In this document: positions 26,670 through 35,967 of the stretch, piece by piece | How the letters are laid out: each line of letters starts with the position of its first letter | Numbering within the stretch: the stretch's first letter is position 1 | DNA from: an uncultured bacterium | Lineage (GTDB): Bacteria > Patescibacteriota > Minisyncoccia > Phycocordibacterales > Phycocordibacteraceae | Assembly: GCA_963851445.1 (NCBI GenBank) | Contig: CAWKPH010000002.1 | Coordinates: forward strand, 25,716 to 89,715 | Direction: 5' to 3' | Length of the DNA stretch: 64,000 nucleotides | Program-made: the position numbers and the translations under genes | The notes under the pieces: model-generated | Seen by the model: only the letters and a program-made list of their open reading frames with translations | Databases searched by the model: none | Told to the model about the DNA's origin: nothing

Positions 26670-29450
26670 ATGGCCATCGAAGGAGTAACAAAACCTCTTA
26701 ATTCTCCCGAAGAAGAGCTCGCGCATCTACGAGAACAGATTGCAACTAAGGAGCAAGAACTTAAGGCGCTTAGGCAAGAACAACCGCGCGCTATTGTTGC
26801 GCACGAACAGATTTTGAATCATCGCTATCAACCCGCAGAGGATATTCTCACTCCCTCGTATCGACTTTCTGAAGAGCAGGCTAGTGAAATAGCACTAAAT
26901 CTTGAGCCTGAGAGCGATGACGAGACGATGGTTGAACTACGAAATATCATGGAAGAAAAAGGCGTAAAAAATGCGTTTTCGGTGCTCGAGAAACTCAATA
27001 GCCCTCATCTCGAGGACGACTTCCACCGTTTTCTAGTCCAGTACGTCATAGCGGGGATGCAAGTAAAGGGTTTCAGCGAGAGTCAGCCAACATGGAAGGC
27101 GCTCCATGTCACTCTCTATGAAATCGCGCTGCCTGAGCCTGACCGCCAAAATGATGATGGGCGTGCTAAGACTCTCAAAGAACTTATTTCAGCGATGGAG
27201 CAATTCTATTCCGGTATGCTCTCCGTTGGCGAGGCGTATGCAGGCGAACCTGCCTATTTTTCTCTTGAGCTTGCGGTACCAATAGATCGTTCACATCTTA
27301 ATTTTTATGCTGCCATCCCAAATGGTCGTCGTGATCTTTTCGAAAAACAACTTCTTGCGATTTTCCCGCATGCCCACATCACGCCGCAACCAAATGATTA
27401 CAATGTCTTCGTTCAGGATGCTTATTCAGTTGGCTCAACTGCGCAACTCACTCAGCGTCCGATGCTGCCGCTTAAGGACTACAACGATTTCGATTACGAT
27501 CCTTTGAATTCTATTTTAAACGCGTTTGCGAAGATCGGTGCAGAAGATGAGGGTGCTGCCCTTCAGATAGTCATCGAACCCGCAGGCGATCGCTATATCA
27601 GGCATTACCGTCGGGTTCTTGAAGAACTTCAAAAAGGAGTGCGTCCTTCCACTGCGCTTTCGCTGCCTGAATCGCTTGCCGGAGAACTTATTCGTGAGGC
27701 AGGGACACTTTTTGGAAAGCAAAAAGAAGTTAAGCGCGAAGAGGCAGACCAGGGAGTAATAGAGTTAGTGGAGAAAAAAATGGCAGCACCTGTTGTTAGC
27801 ACGAATATACGCATTGTCGTCTCTTCCAAGAGCCCATCCCATGCAACGCAGATTCTCGATGAGCTTGAATCCTCGTTCAATCAGTTTGAGAATACGCGAG
27901 GAAATAGGGTCATATTTAAAAGGGCACAGAAAGCGAGTGCAAGTCAACTTTTTCATAATTTCACGTACCGGATTTTTTCTCATGCGGCAGAGATGCAGCT
28001 TTCTCTACGTGAACTTACAACACTCTTTCATTTCCCCCCAAAGGGTATCGAATCTTCGCCGCATCTCAAGCAATCTCGTTCAACAGTTGCGGCAGCCCCT
28101 GTGGAGCTTCCGCGTGAAGGTCTCACACTTGGAATAAATACCTATCGTGGTCAATCAACGGAGGTTAAGTTGGCAGATGCTGATCGCTTGCGCCACCTCT
28201 ACGTTATTGGACAGACCGGAACTGGAAAAACTGGATTCCTCAAAACTCTCATTGAACAGGACATCCGTAATGGTGCCGGCGTCTGCTTTATCGATCCGCA
28301 TGGAAACGACATTCTCGACGTGCTTGCAAGTATTCCGCCTGAGCGCTATGAGGACGTTATCTATTTCGATCCTGCTTATATTCCACGGCCATTTGGTTTG
28401 AATCTTCTTGAATACGATCCAATGCATCCTGAGCAGAAGACTTTTATTGTAAATGAAATCCTTGCAATCTTCAGGCGTCTCTACGGAGATGTGCCAGAGT
28501 CAATGGGTCCTGCATTCGAACAATACTTCCGCAATGCAACGTTACTTGTTATGGAAGATCCTGCATCCGGTTCAACGATGATGGATATTGGTCGTGTACT
28601 TTCTGATGCGAATTTCCGGGCCTTAAAACTTTCGCGCAGTATGAATCCAGTTGTAAACCAATTCTGGACTGAAATTGCGACCAAGGCGGGTGGCGACGCT
28701 TCGCTTGAAAATATTGTGCCCTACATCACAAATAAGTTCGATGACTTTACGGCTAATGATTTTATGCGCCCGATTGTTGGACAACAGAATTCCTCATTCA
28801 ATTTTCGAGATATTATGGATTCGAAAAAAATACTTCTCGTCAATCTCTCAAAGGGACGTCTCGGGGAACGTAATGCAAACCTCCTCGGTCTCGTTTTAGT
28901 CGGCAAGATCTTTATGGCGGCACTTTCACGCGCTGACGATCCACGCGCTAATTTTCCACCATTCTATCTGTATATAGATGAATTCCAGAACATTACGACC
29001 GACAGTATCCCGGGTATTCTTTCGGAAGCTCGTAAATATAAACTTTCTCTTACGATTGCACACCAGTTCCTTGCACAGATTGATGAAAAGATTCGCGATG
29101 CAGTTTTTGGTAATGTTGGTTCGATGGCGGTGTTCCGCGTGGGAGAGGAGGATGGTGAATTCTTTTCAAAGCAGTTCGCCCCAGTATTTGAAGCATCTGA
29201 TTTTGTAAATATACAGAATCGTGAAGCATATCTACGCATACTTGCGGGGGGAGTTCCGCAGAAACCTTTCAACATTAAAACGCTTGATTTGGGTCAGGGA
29301 AATCCTGCACAAGTAGATGATCTACGTGAGTTGTCCTATCTCACGTATGGGCGTGACCGTGCTACAGTAGAAGGGAACATACGAGCTCGATATCTTTCTA
29401 ACGCAACACAGTCACCAGTACCCCTTGAACAGCCTTATCACTATTCGTAG
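26670..29450 (+). CDS. large soluble P-loop ATPase of the FtsK/HerA superfamily with a TraD/TraG/VirD4 (type IV coupling protein)-like C-terminal region
   Basis: Walker A 'YVIGQTGTGKTGFL', Walker B 'FYLYIDEFQNI', and a coupling-protein-like 'LSLTIAHQFLAQIDEKIRDAVFGNVGSMAVFRVGEEDGEFFSKQF'. The ~470 aa N-terminal region is unrecognised. No TM segment seen. Confidence 0.6.
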   Translation: MAIEGVTKPLNSPEEELAHLREQIATKEQELKALRQEQPRAIVAHEQILNHRYQPAEDILTPSYRLSEEQASEIALNLEPESDDETMVELRNIMEEKGVKNAFSVLEKLNSPHLEDDFHRFLVQYVIAGMQVKGFSESQPTWKALHVTLYEIALPEPDRQNDDGRAKTLKELISAMEQFYSGMLSVGEAYAGEPAYFSLELAVPIDRSHLNFYAAIPNGRRDLFEKQLLAIFPHAHITPQPNDYNVFVQDAYSVGSTAQLTQRPMLPLKDYNDFDYDPLNSILNAFAKIGAEDEGAALQIVIEPAGDRYIRHYRRVLEELQKGVRPSTALSLPESLAGELIREAGTLFGKQKEVKREEADQGVIELVEKKMAAPVVSTNIRIVVSSKSPSHATQILDELESSFNQFENTRGNRVIFKRAQKASASQLFHNFTYRIFSHAAEMQLSLRELTTLFHFPPKGIESSPHLKQSRSTVAAAPVELPREGLTLGINTYRGQSTEVKLADADRLRHLYVIGQTGTGKTGFLKTLIEQDIRNGAGVCFIDPHGNDILDVLASIPPERYEDVIYFDPAYIPRPFGLNLLEYDPMHPEQKTFIVNEILAIFRRLYGDVPESMGPAFEQYFRNATLLVMEDPASGSTMMDIGRVLSDANFRALKLSRSMNPVVNQFWTEIATKAGGDASLENIVPYITNKFDDFTANDFMRPIVGQQNSSFNFRDIMDSKKILLVNLSKGRLGERNANLLGLVLVGKIFMAALSRADDPRANFPPFYLYIDEFQNITTDSIPGILSEARKYKLSLTIAHQFLAQIDEKIRDAVFGNVGSMAVFRVGEEDGEFFSKQFAPVFEASDFVNIQNREAYLRILAGGVPQKPFNIKTLDLGQGNPAQVDDLRELSYLTYGRDRATVEGNIRARYLSNATQSPVPLEQPYHYS

Positions 29451-29452
29451 GT

Positions 29453-32452
29453 ATGAGCGAACGACCTCCACAACCACCAAGTAGTCCAGCAGAAAGAAAG
29501 GCGAAAGCTGTTGATGAATATCTTGCTGCTTCTCGCGATAGCATCACAGACCTTGAAAATGCTGCCCGAGCCCGAACGCCAGGAGCTTTGAAACATAAAG
29601 AAGGAGACCCGGGATACGTAGATCACGAGGGAGAGGTTTTGAGACAGGAAAATGAGCTGCGCGATATGGAAAAGAAATTTGGTGATTCAGAATCACGTAG
29701 GGAGCGGCGTGCGGAACTCATGGAAAAGGTAAACCAGCTTCAAGCACTCGCTGAAGAACGATGGAAAAATAGAACATCAGCACAAGCCACCCCCCCAGCC
29801 GAACGTTCTCCCTATACGACGCAACATAAACCCGCAATGCTTAGCCCCGAACAGATTGCGGAAATACGAGAAAAGTTTCATGAACTCCATCAAAATGATT
29901 TATTCAAAAAAGGGTATGACGGACCCCCTAATTATCCAGTTCCAGCAGTTATCGAAGGTCAATCAGCAGCAGAAAAAAGGAAAAATCGTGTAGAAGCGAG
30001 AAAAAGAGACCTGAAGACCCCGGACGTAATCGCATTACCTGATCAGAGTATTAAAGCAGGGTCTCCTGAAGTCTCAAATTGGAATCCGACCCTTGTGCGG
30101 ATACAGGGTGGAGGAAAAGTCGAATCACTTAGATCAAGACGCAAAAGAGAGTCAGCTCAAGAAGCTCAAGAAAAAGAACGCAAAGCGATGGAGCAAGCCG
30201 TCACGTTAGCTAAAAATGCCGGCGTTGAACAAGAGCGAACCGCAATGCTTTCTGTGGATACTGAGTATAATAACGCATATCGAGATTTCACCAAGACAAA
30301 TTCAATATGGAAACAACTTCGAGGTAAACAAGACCAGAAAGGATTACTTAAGCTTGCGGAATTAAAAAAATCACGAGACGAATCAAGGGTTATATATTCA
30401 AAGAAGCTGAAAGAATCGGTGCGAGCTCGTCTCGAGACTCCGGAACGTGATGCAGCGCTGCGTGAGAAGTATGAACGTATGAAAGAAAAGGCCGGTGTAG
30501 CGAAGGGATTTGTTGATGAAAAAGGACGTCCATACACGTATGAATCTTTCAAGAAAAGCGAATTAGATAAAATTGTCGCTCGTTATAACGGAATTGTGCA
30601 ATATAGGGAGATAGTTGAACCGGCAGTGAAGCGTGAACAAGCTGCTCGTGTCGAAGGTATGGAAGCCAAAGAAAGAGGTCTGGTAGGTAAGGTTTGGCAG
30701 TGGGGAACCCGAAAGATACGCGAAGGCAATGAAAATCTAGAAGCTGCTATCTATGAAAACATTGTCGGGAAAAGCATCTTTGGTAAAAAGATTTCAGAAA
30801 AGAGCGCAAAATCGCTCTCAAAGGTTGGAGCACGTTCGACTCGCCTTTTAGCAATAACCGCAGCAAGCGCAGTTGCGGGTGTCACTCTTGGAAGTGTCGG
30901 CCTAGCGGCTGCAGGTCTGTATTCTTCTCAAAAGATTCTTCGCGGTTTTGCATCAATGGGCATAGGCTTTGGCGCCGGTAAGGCATATGAAGCTACTGGT
31001 GGAAAAAAGGTTAGAGAAAACCTTCAGAATTCACGGCGAAAGGATATCGAAAGCACTCAAGATATTGCGTCGCAGGAAAAAGCAACGCGAGAGGGATCAG
31101 AAGAAGCGATCCAAAGAAAAACAGAAATGGTTGGAGGCGTTACGACACTCCTTACTTCATTTGGATTCACTCTTGCATCTGCCCATGAAGCTGCAATGCA
31201 TGCATCCGTTCAAAAGGCGGCCCTACATGCGAAAGACGCCTTAAATCCTCAAGGATACCAAACTGAAATTCTTACGATCGGCCAGAAAGTGGGAAATGTA
31301 AATATTAATGATGCAGACAAGCTCATCGGACATTTTGGAGAAAAGCTTGCGCATGATTTTCCTCAAAGTGCTCAACAACCTCCTGCAGTGAAAGCATTTC
31401 TTGAACTCTTGCATAAAGAAGGTGGCAAATCGCTACTTGACGCTAAGGGGGAAAACTATGCCTCAATGAAATTGGGGTTTTTGGATACTCAACATTTAGT
31501 AAAGGGCATGCCTTGGAGCATGCAAATGAATCCAGGGGATCAACTTAGCCTCGACCCCAAGACTCATGAAATTGTCATTGACCGTCCTGGACATCCGGAA
31601 TTCCACAGAGTGTTGTTTGATAACAAAGGACATACTCCTGAAGTTACTGCAAAGGAGGCCGTACAGGCTGCTGTTAAGCATTCCCCAGAAACTCAGGTTA
31701 CTGCGCCAAACACTCCCACCGCCACATCTCCTGAAACTCCCACACCTCCAGTTGATCACCCTACTTCTACGCCGACGGATGCTGATGCGCAGGTAAAGAG
31801 TATTGAGGCAAATGAAATTGGTCGCGGCGTCGGGACACCGCATGAAGTAGTACCGCCACAAGCACCACCTGAGACCCCGAATCCAGTGGTTGCGGAACCT
31901 GCCCCCGTACATTCAGCAGAAATCGTTTCCCCTGCAGTAGATCAAAGTATTCCGAATTCACCCGCTGACATACTAATTCATAGCCAAAACTGGGCTGATT
32001 ATAAAAGCCTCCCATCAGTGGAAGCATTTACAGAACCAGTGATAAACGGGAGTCAAAATGAGATTGTGTTTAGAGGAGAGCTGTTTGATCTAATGAAGCA
32101 GACCGGAATTGGACCCGTAGCAAATGAAGATATAGCTACCTACGTATCTCGTGCAGCCGACGCATTAAAGAACGGTTTAGTACACCCTCTCCACCTTATT
32201 AAAACTCCTGATAACCATTTCATCATGAGAGGGGTAGATATGGACGCCCAAATTATCATGGGTAATGAGTATATACAGGAACAGGCCCTAAACAATATAA
32301 ATGTACAAGTTCTTGTCGAAGACCCTACTCAACATTCTTATATTGTATTAACGAATCATCCCGCAAGTAGTGGAGTCGAGGGATTGGACAGAATTGAGTC
32401 GGTGGACGCATCCAAAATAAAACTCAATGGAAATAACCAGACCATCTTTTAA
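29453..32452 (+). CDS. 999-aa Lys/Glu-rich coiled-coil protein with a central TM hairpin, Pro/Thr-rich stalk and a C-terminal globular domain
   Basis: The ATG is 3 nt after the upstream stop. Long heptad-like charged stretches. Hydrophobic segments 'LLAITAASAVAGVTLGSVGLAAAGLY' and 'FASMGIGFGAG'. 'TAPNTPTATSPETPTPPVDHPTSTPT…PPQAPPETPNPVVAEPAPV'. Confidence 0.5.
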   Translation: MSERPPQPPSSPAERKAKAVDEYLAASRDSITDLENAARARTPGALKHKEGDPGYVDHEGEVLRQENELRDMEKKFGDSESRRERRAELMEKVNQLQALAEERWKNRTSAQATPPAERSPYTTQHKPAMLSPEQIAEIREKFHELHQNDLFKKGYDGPPNYPVPAVIEGQSAAEKRKNRVEARKRDLKTPDVIALPDQSIKAGSPEVSNWNPTLVRIQGGGKVESLRSRRKRESAQEAQEKERKAMEQAVTLAKNAGVEQERTAMLSVDTEYNNAYRDFTKTNSIWKQLRGKQDQKGLLKLAELKKSRDESRVIYSKKLKESVRARLETPERDAALREKYERMKEKAGVAKGFVDEKGRPYTYESFKKSELDKIVARYNGIVQYREIVEPAVKREQAARVEGMEAKERGLVGKVWQWGTRKIREGNENLEAAIYENIVGKSIFGKKISEKSAKSLSKVGARSTRLLAITAASAVAGVTLGSVGLAAAGLYSSQKILRGFASMGIGFGAGKAYEATGGKKVRENLQNSRRKDIESTQDIASQEKATREGSEEAIQRKTEMVGGVTTLLTSFGFTLASAHEAAMHASVQKAALHAKDALNPQGYQTEILTIGQKVGNVNINDADKLIGHFGEKLAHDFPQSAQQPPAVKAFLELLHKEGGKSLLDAKGENYASMKLGFLDTQHLVKGMPWSMQMNPGDQLSLDPKTHEIVIDRPGHPEFHRVLFDNKGHTPEVTAKEAVQAAVKHSPETQVTAPNTPTATSPETPTPPVDHPTSTPTDADAQVKSIEANEIGRGVGTPHEVVPPQAPPETPNPVVAEPAPVHSAEIVSPAVDQSIPNSPADILIHSQNWADYKSLPSVEAFTEPVINGSQNEIVFRGELFDLMKQTGIGPVANEDIATYVSRAADALKNGLVHPLHLIKTPDNHFIMRGVDMDAQIIMGNEYIQEQALNNINVQVLVEDPTQHSYIVLTNHPASSGVEGLDRIESVDASKIKLNGNNQTIF

Positions 32453-32454
32453 TT

Positions 32455-32757
32455 ATGCCCACGACCACTAAATTTGATAACATAGTTGACGCTTTAAACC
32501 TCACCGAGCTTTCCCCTGAGGAACAGGAAGAGATTCTGCTTGACCTCAACGATCTTATCTTCAAGGGCTCGGTTGTGCGCTTGATAGAGAGAATGGATGA
32601 TAAAACGCGTGAAAAATTTGGAAAACTTATTGAGCAAGATGCCTCAGGAGAAGAAATTGATACATTTATCAAAAAGAACGTGCCAGATGCCGATGAAGCT
32701 GTCAAGGACACTATACAAGAGCTGACAGATGATATACTGGCCGTGACCAGCGAATAA
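32455..32757 (+). CDS. small acidic protein (100 aa)
   Basis: Starts 3 nt after the upstream stop. No recognised family. Confidence 0.4.
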   Translation: MPTTTKFDNIVDALNLTELSPEEQEEILLDLNDLIFKGSVVRLIERMDDKTREKFGKLIEQDASGEEIDTFIKKNVPDADEAVKDTIQELTDDILAVTSE

Positions 32758-32767
32758 ATAAAATATT

Positions 32768-33367
32768 ATGAATGATCCGCAATCAGGCAATACGGGTTCT
32801 ATAACGGGAACTGGAGTTGCTGTCGCACTCGCCGTAATCGTTGTACTGGGCCTCATATTCTTTGGGCCACAGTTATTTAATTTAATAAACAACAATAGTA
32901 CAAGCACCGAAACCACCTCGAACGCTTCAAGTACCGCAGCCATTATGCAAAACCAAAATCAGCCCAACAATTTATCAACCTCGACTAGCAATTTAGGACC
33001 AATTCCTACCAATGTCACTACACTTGAGGGTAAGGATATTGTGGTTGGAACCGGAACGATTGCGCAACCAGGAGATTCCGTAACCGTCCAGTATGTAGGG
33101 GCACTCACCAACGGAACTGTTTTTGATGCCTCGGCGAATCACGGTACGCAGGGCTTCACCTTTACTCTTGGGGCTGGACAGGTAATCAAGGGTTGGGACG
33201 AAGGAGTCGTCGGTATGAAAGTAGGCGGGGAGCGTGAGTTAGTGATTCCACCCTCACTCGGCTACGGAGCTCAGGCCAATGGTCCAATACCCGCCAACTC
33301 AACGTTGGTATTTGAAATTGAATTAGTGAATGTTCAGGCTCCAGCTGCAACTTCTACAGCTCAGTAG
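32768..33367 (+). CDS. FKBP-type peptidyl-prolyl cis-trans isomerase with an N-terminal membrane anchor
   Basis: 'VTVQYVGALTNGTVFDAS…FTFTLGAGQVIKGWDEGVVGMKVGGERELVIPPSLGYG…LVFEIELVNV' is the FKBP fold signature. Confidence 0.8.
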   Translation: MNDPQSGNTGSITGTGVAVALAVIVVLGLIFFGPQLFNLINNNSTSTETTSNASSTAAIMQNQNQPNNLSTSTSNLGPIPTNVTTLEGKDIVVGTGTIAQPGDSVTVQYVGALTNGTVFDASANHGTQGFTFTLGAGQVIKGWDEGVVGMKVGGERELVIPPSLGYGAQANGPIPANSTLVFEIELVNVQAPAATSTAQ

Positions 33368-33379
33368 TATTAAAAATAA

Positions 33380-33415
33380 GAGCCGTGCCACACGATAAAT
33401 CTCGTGGCACGGCTC
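33380..33415 (-). terminator. GC-rich hairpin terminator serving the minus-strand gene 33438–34028
   Basis: GAGCCGTGCCAC…GTGGCACGGCTC (12 bp) with an A-run on the plus side, which is a T-run on the minus strand. Confidence 0.6.
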
Positions 33416-33437
33416 GTGCTTCCTTCCGAAAGCAGTT

Positions 33438-34028
33438 TTACTGCGGCGTTGGACCAGCGACTGCCGCTGCCGGGTTACCCTGCATTTGGGTAACCGAGCC
33501 GCCGGTTGGCTGGTAAAAGGCGGCTTGGCCCCTTTTCAACCGTTCTCCGTCCGAATGGGGATACTCATCGATCCCCGTCGCGTGGAGGAGGATACAGTTG
33601 ATCCTCGTTTGGTACTGGTTGGCGTTGGCCAGATTGTGACCGTTGAAATAGCCCAGAACGCCGCCGTAAGCAGCACCTCCGAGCCCAACGGCGATAACGC
33701 CGTTGTGAACGATCCCCGCGCCCAAAACGCCGGCCTGCGTGACCACCTGAGCGGCCGCGCCGGCCCCATTGCTGACGGCGCCGTTCCAGACGTTGGCGGC
33801 CGTGATTCGGCCGCGCGGAAACATTTCCTTGGCGACTTGCGTACACCGAGGCTTCGCCGCGTCCTGATCTGCGACGACCGCAGTGGTCAGACGCTCTCCG
33901 GTGCGGACGAAGTACGGGTCGGTCTTCGGGTAGGGATTGGCAACCAGCCAACCAAAGGGGTCGGCGTGCGCTGACCCCGCGGTGAACGTCATCGCCGCCA
34001 TGGCGATGAGAACAAATTTGGTATTCAT
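33438..34028 (-). CDS. GC-rich ORF: secreted glycine-zipper (Omp/17-kDa-antigen-like) protein
   Basis: Signal peptide 'MNTKFVLIAMAAMTFTAGSAHA', then 'GAGAAAQVVTQAGVLGAGIVHNGVIAVGLGGAAYGGVLGYFNG' (glycine-zipper motif). Strong AAGGAG RBS 8 nt upstream. Codon and GC content are visibly different from neighbouring genes. Confidence 0.5.
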   Translation of the reverse strand: MNTKFVLIAMAAMTFTAGSAHADPFGWLVANPYPKTDPYFVRTGERLTTAVVADQDAAKPRCTQVAKEMFPRGRITAANVWNGAVSNGAGAAAQVVTQAGVLGAGIVHNGVIAVGLGGAAYGGVLGYFNGHNLANANQYQTRINCILLHATGIDEYPHSDGERLKRGQAAFYQPTGGSVTQMQGNPAAAVAGPTPQ

Positions 34029-34105
34029 TACACAGTCTCCTTCGACAGAATTTCCAGTTGTGAAAGGCCTTTGCTTAAAGGCCTCAAGATCGTTGTCCTA
34101 GCTAC

Positions 34106-34134
34106 CTTATAGCATTATGGTGAGTTATTGTCAA
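34106..34134 (-). promoter_or_regulatory. sigma70-like promoter (TTGACA-17-TATAAG on the minus strand) for 33438–34028
   Basis: Minus-strand reverse complement reads cTTGACAataactcaccataatgcTATAAG. Confidence 0.4.
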
Positions 34135-34209
34135 GTAACCCCAAGAAAACCAGTATTCGCCTGTAAAGAGGGCTCTTGCGGGAATTCAAGAGCCCTGTAG
34201 CCTAGGAAT

Positions 34210-35457
34210 ATGGGTGCTATTTCGTTTTCGATTGAATCCGTAGGTCATTCATATGATTTGCAGAATAAAAATGCTCGCACAGGCGTTCTTACAACGCCTC
34301 ATGGCGCCATTAAAACACCCGCCTTTGTTCCTGTGGCTACAAAGGCTAGCGTTAAAGGCATATTGCCCCACCAGCTTCTACGTCTAGGGGTACAGGTTGT
34401 GCTCGCAAATACCTACCATCTATACCTACAGCCAGGCGAGGAAATAATTAAGGAATCGAAAACTCTTGGAGAGTTTATGGGTTGGCATGGTCCGACAATG
34501 ACCGACTCTGGTGGTTTCCAAGTATTTTCGCTCGGTGCTGCGTTCGGCCGTAATATTACGAAAATTGCAAAAGGTGAGGAATTACCAAATGATTCCGTAG
34601 AGAACAATCGAATATCAATTTATGACGAGGATGTGCAGACCAAGCATGGTCAGCTCGCAGTAATTGATGATGAGGGCGTAACATTCACATCGCACATCGA
34701 CGGATCACTTCATCGCTTTACACCTGAGCGTTCGATAGAAATTCAACACGCGCTCGGCGCCGATATGTTCTTTGCATTTGATGAGTGCACAGCTCCTACA
34801 GAATCCTATGCCTATCAAAAAGAGGCGATGGATCGTACTCACCGTTGGGCACTTCGCTCGCTTAAGGCTCACCGACAGAATCTTGATGCAAACCGGACAC
34901 AGGCGATCTTCGGTATTGTGCAAGGAGGTCGGTATGAAGATCTACGAAGTGAGAGTGCAAAAGAGATCGCCTCGATGGACTTTGATGGATTTGGCATAGG
35001 AGGTTCGTTCAGCAAAGAGGATATGCAGGGCGCACTCCAAGCAGCGATTAAAGAGCTCCCAGAAGAAAAACCGAGACATTTTCTTGGTATTGGTGAACCA
35101 GGTGACCTACTCACCGGGATCGCGCAGGGAATCGATCTCTTTGACTGTGTAGCGCCGACTCGACTTGGCAGGCACGGAACTATTTACACAAAACGAGGCA
35201 CGATTAACCTTCTTAACGAAAAATTCAAAAATGATCTGGGTCGACTAGACGAGGAGACAATCGTACCTGGAACTGAGGGTTTTAGTCGGGCCTATGTCAG
35301 TCATCTTTTGCGCTCAAAGGAAATGCTCGGTCAAGTCATTGCCTCTATACATAATCTCGGCTTCGTTGTTCAGCTTGTGGGCCATGCGCGCCAAGCATTA
35401 ATCGAAAATCGCTTTGAGCAGTATCGGGAGAAATTCATTCAAGAGTACTATGTCTAG
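34210..35457 (+). CDS. tgt: queuine tRNA-ribosyltransferase
   Basis: 'TPHGAIKTPAFVPVATKASVKG…VVLANTYHLYLQPG' and the later zinc-site region match Tgt. Confidence 0.85.
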   Translation: MGAISFSIESVGHSYDLQNKNARTGVLTTPHGAIKTPAFVPVATKASVKGILPHQLLRLGVQVVLANTYHLYLQPGEEIIKESKTLGEFMGWHGPTMTDSGGFQVFSLGAAFGRNITKIAKGEELPNDSVENNRISIYDEDVQTKHGQLAVIDDEGVTFTSHIDGSLHRFTPERSIEIQHALGADMFFAFDECTAPTESYAYQKEAMDRTHRWALRSLKAHRQNLDANRTQAIFGIVQGGRYEDLRSESAKEIASMDFDGFGIGGSFSKEDMQGALQAAIKELPEEKPRHFLGIGEPGDLLTGIAQGIDLFDCVAPTRLGRHGTIYTKRGTINLLNEKFKNDLGRLDEETIVPGTEGFSRAYVSHLLRSKEMLGQVIASIHNLGFVVQLVGHARQALIENRFEQYREKFIQEYYV

Positions 35458-35497
35458 ATACACATTTTCCAAAAGAAAAGACGGTTGTTGCCGTCCT

Positions 35498-35890
35498 TTA
35501 TATTCGATTCAGCTCGACTTCGCCGCCTTCGATTAGCATTAAGGTCTCCCAGAAATCGTAGAGCGAGATCTCAAGATAATTAGACGCGTGATTGAGCTGA
35601 ACACCGTAGGGCGTAAAGCCAATGCGTTTCATATCATCCTGGAGAAAGGCCAATTGAGCTCCAGTGTCCTCGTCATCTGACTCCTGATGGAAACATATAC
35701 GAACTTTTCCGATCTTTGGATTCATAGCTACAGCGGCCATGAGCTCGAGTAGATCTGAGCCCTCAAGAGTCTCATATGCCTTACGTGCGCGAATCGTTGC
35801 TGTTTCTCTCCGAGTCAGAGCAGATTTCCTGAAAGGCCCGTTCCTATCGCGCACCTGCCGCATTCTGCGATTGAAATCAGCGCTTTCCAT
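35498..35890 (-). CDS. hypothetical protein (130 aa)
   Basis: ORF only. Confidence 0.35.
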   Translation of the reverse strand: MESADFNRRMRQVRDRNGPFRKSALTRRETATIRARKAYETLEGSDLLELMAAVAMNPKIGKVRICFHQESDDEDTGAQLAFLQDDMKRIGFTPYGVQLNHASNYLEISLYDFWETLMLIEGGEVELNRI

Positions 35891-35967
35891 GTGGCACTCC
35901 TTTCTGGATGGCGTCTCTAAGAACTGTCTCCAAATGCGCTATCTCTAGATTCATTATACAATAGGCC

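Noticed and set aside
26349-26726. ORFs 26349–26654 (+) and 26508–26726 (-) at the purC/ATPase junction
   Set aside because: They overlap the 3' end of the purC-like gene and the start of the 926-aa ATPase in other frames. No RBS; biased composition.
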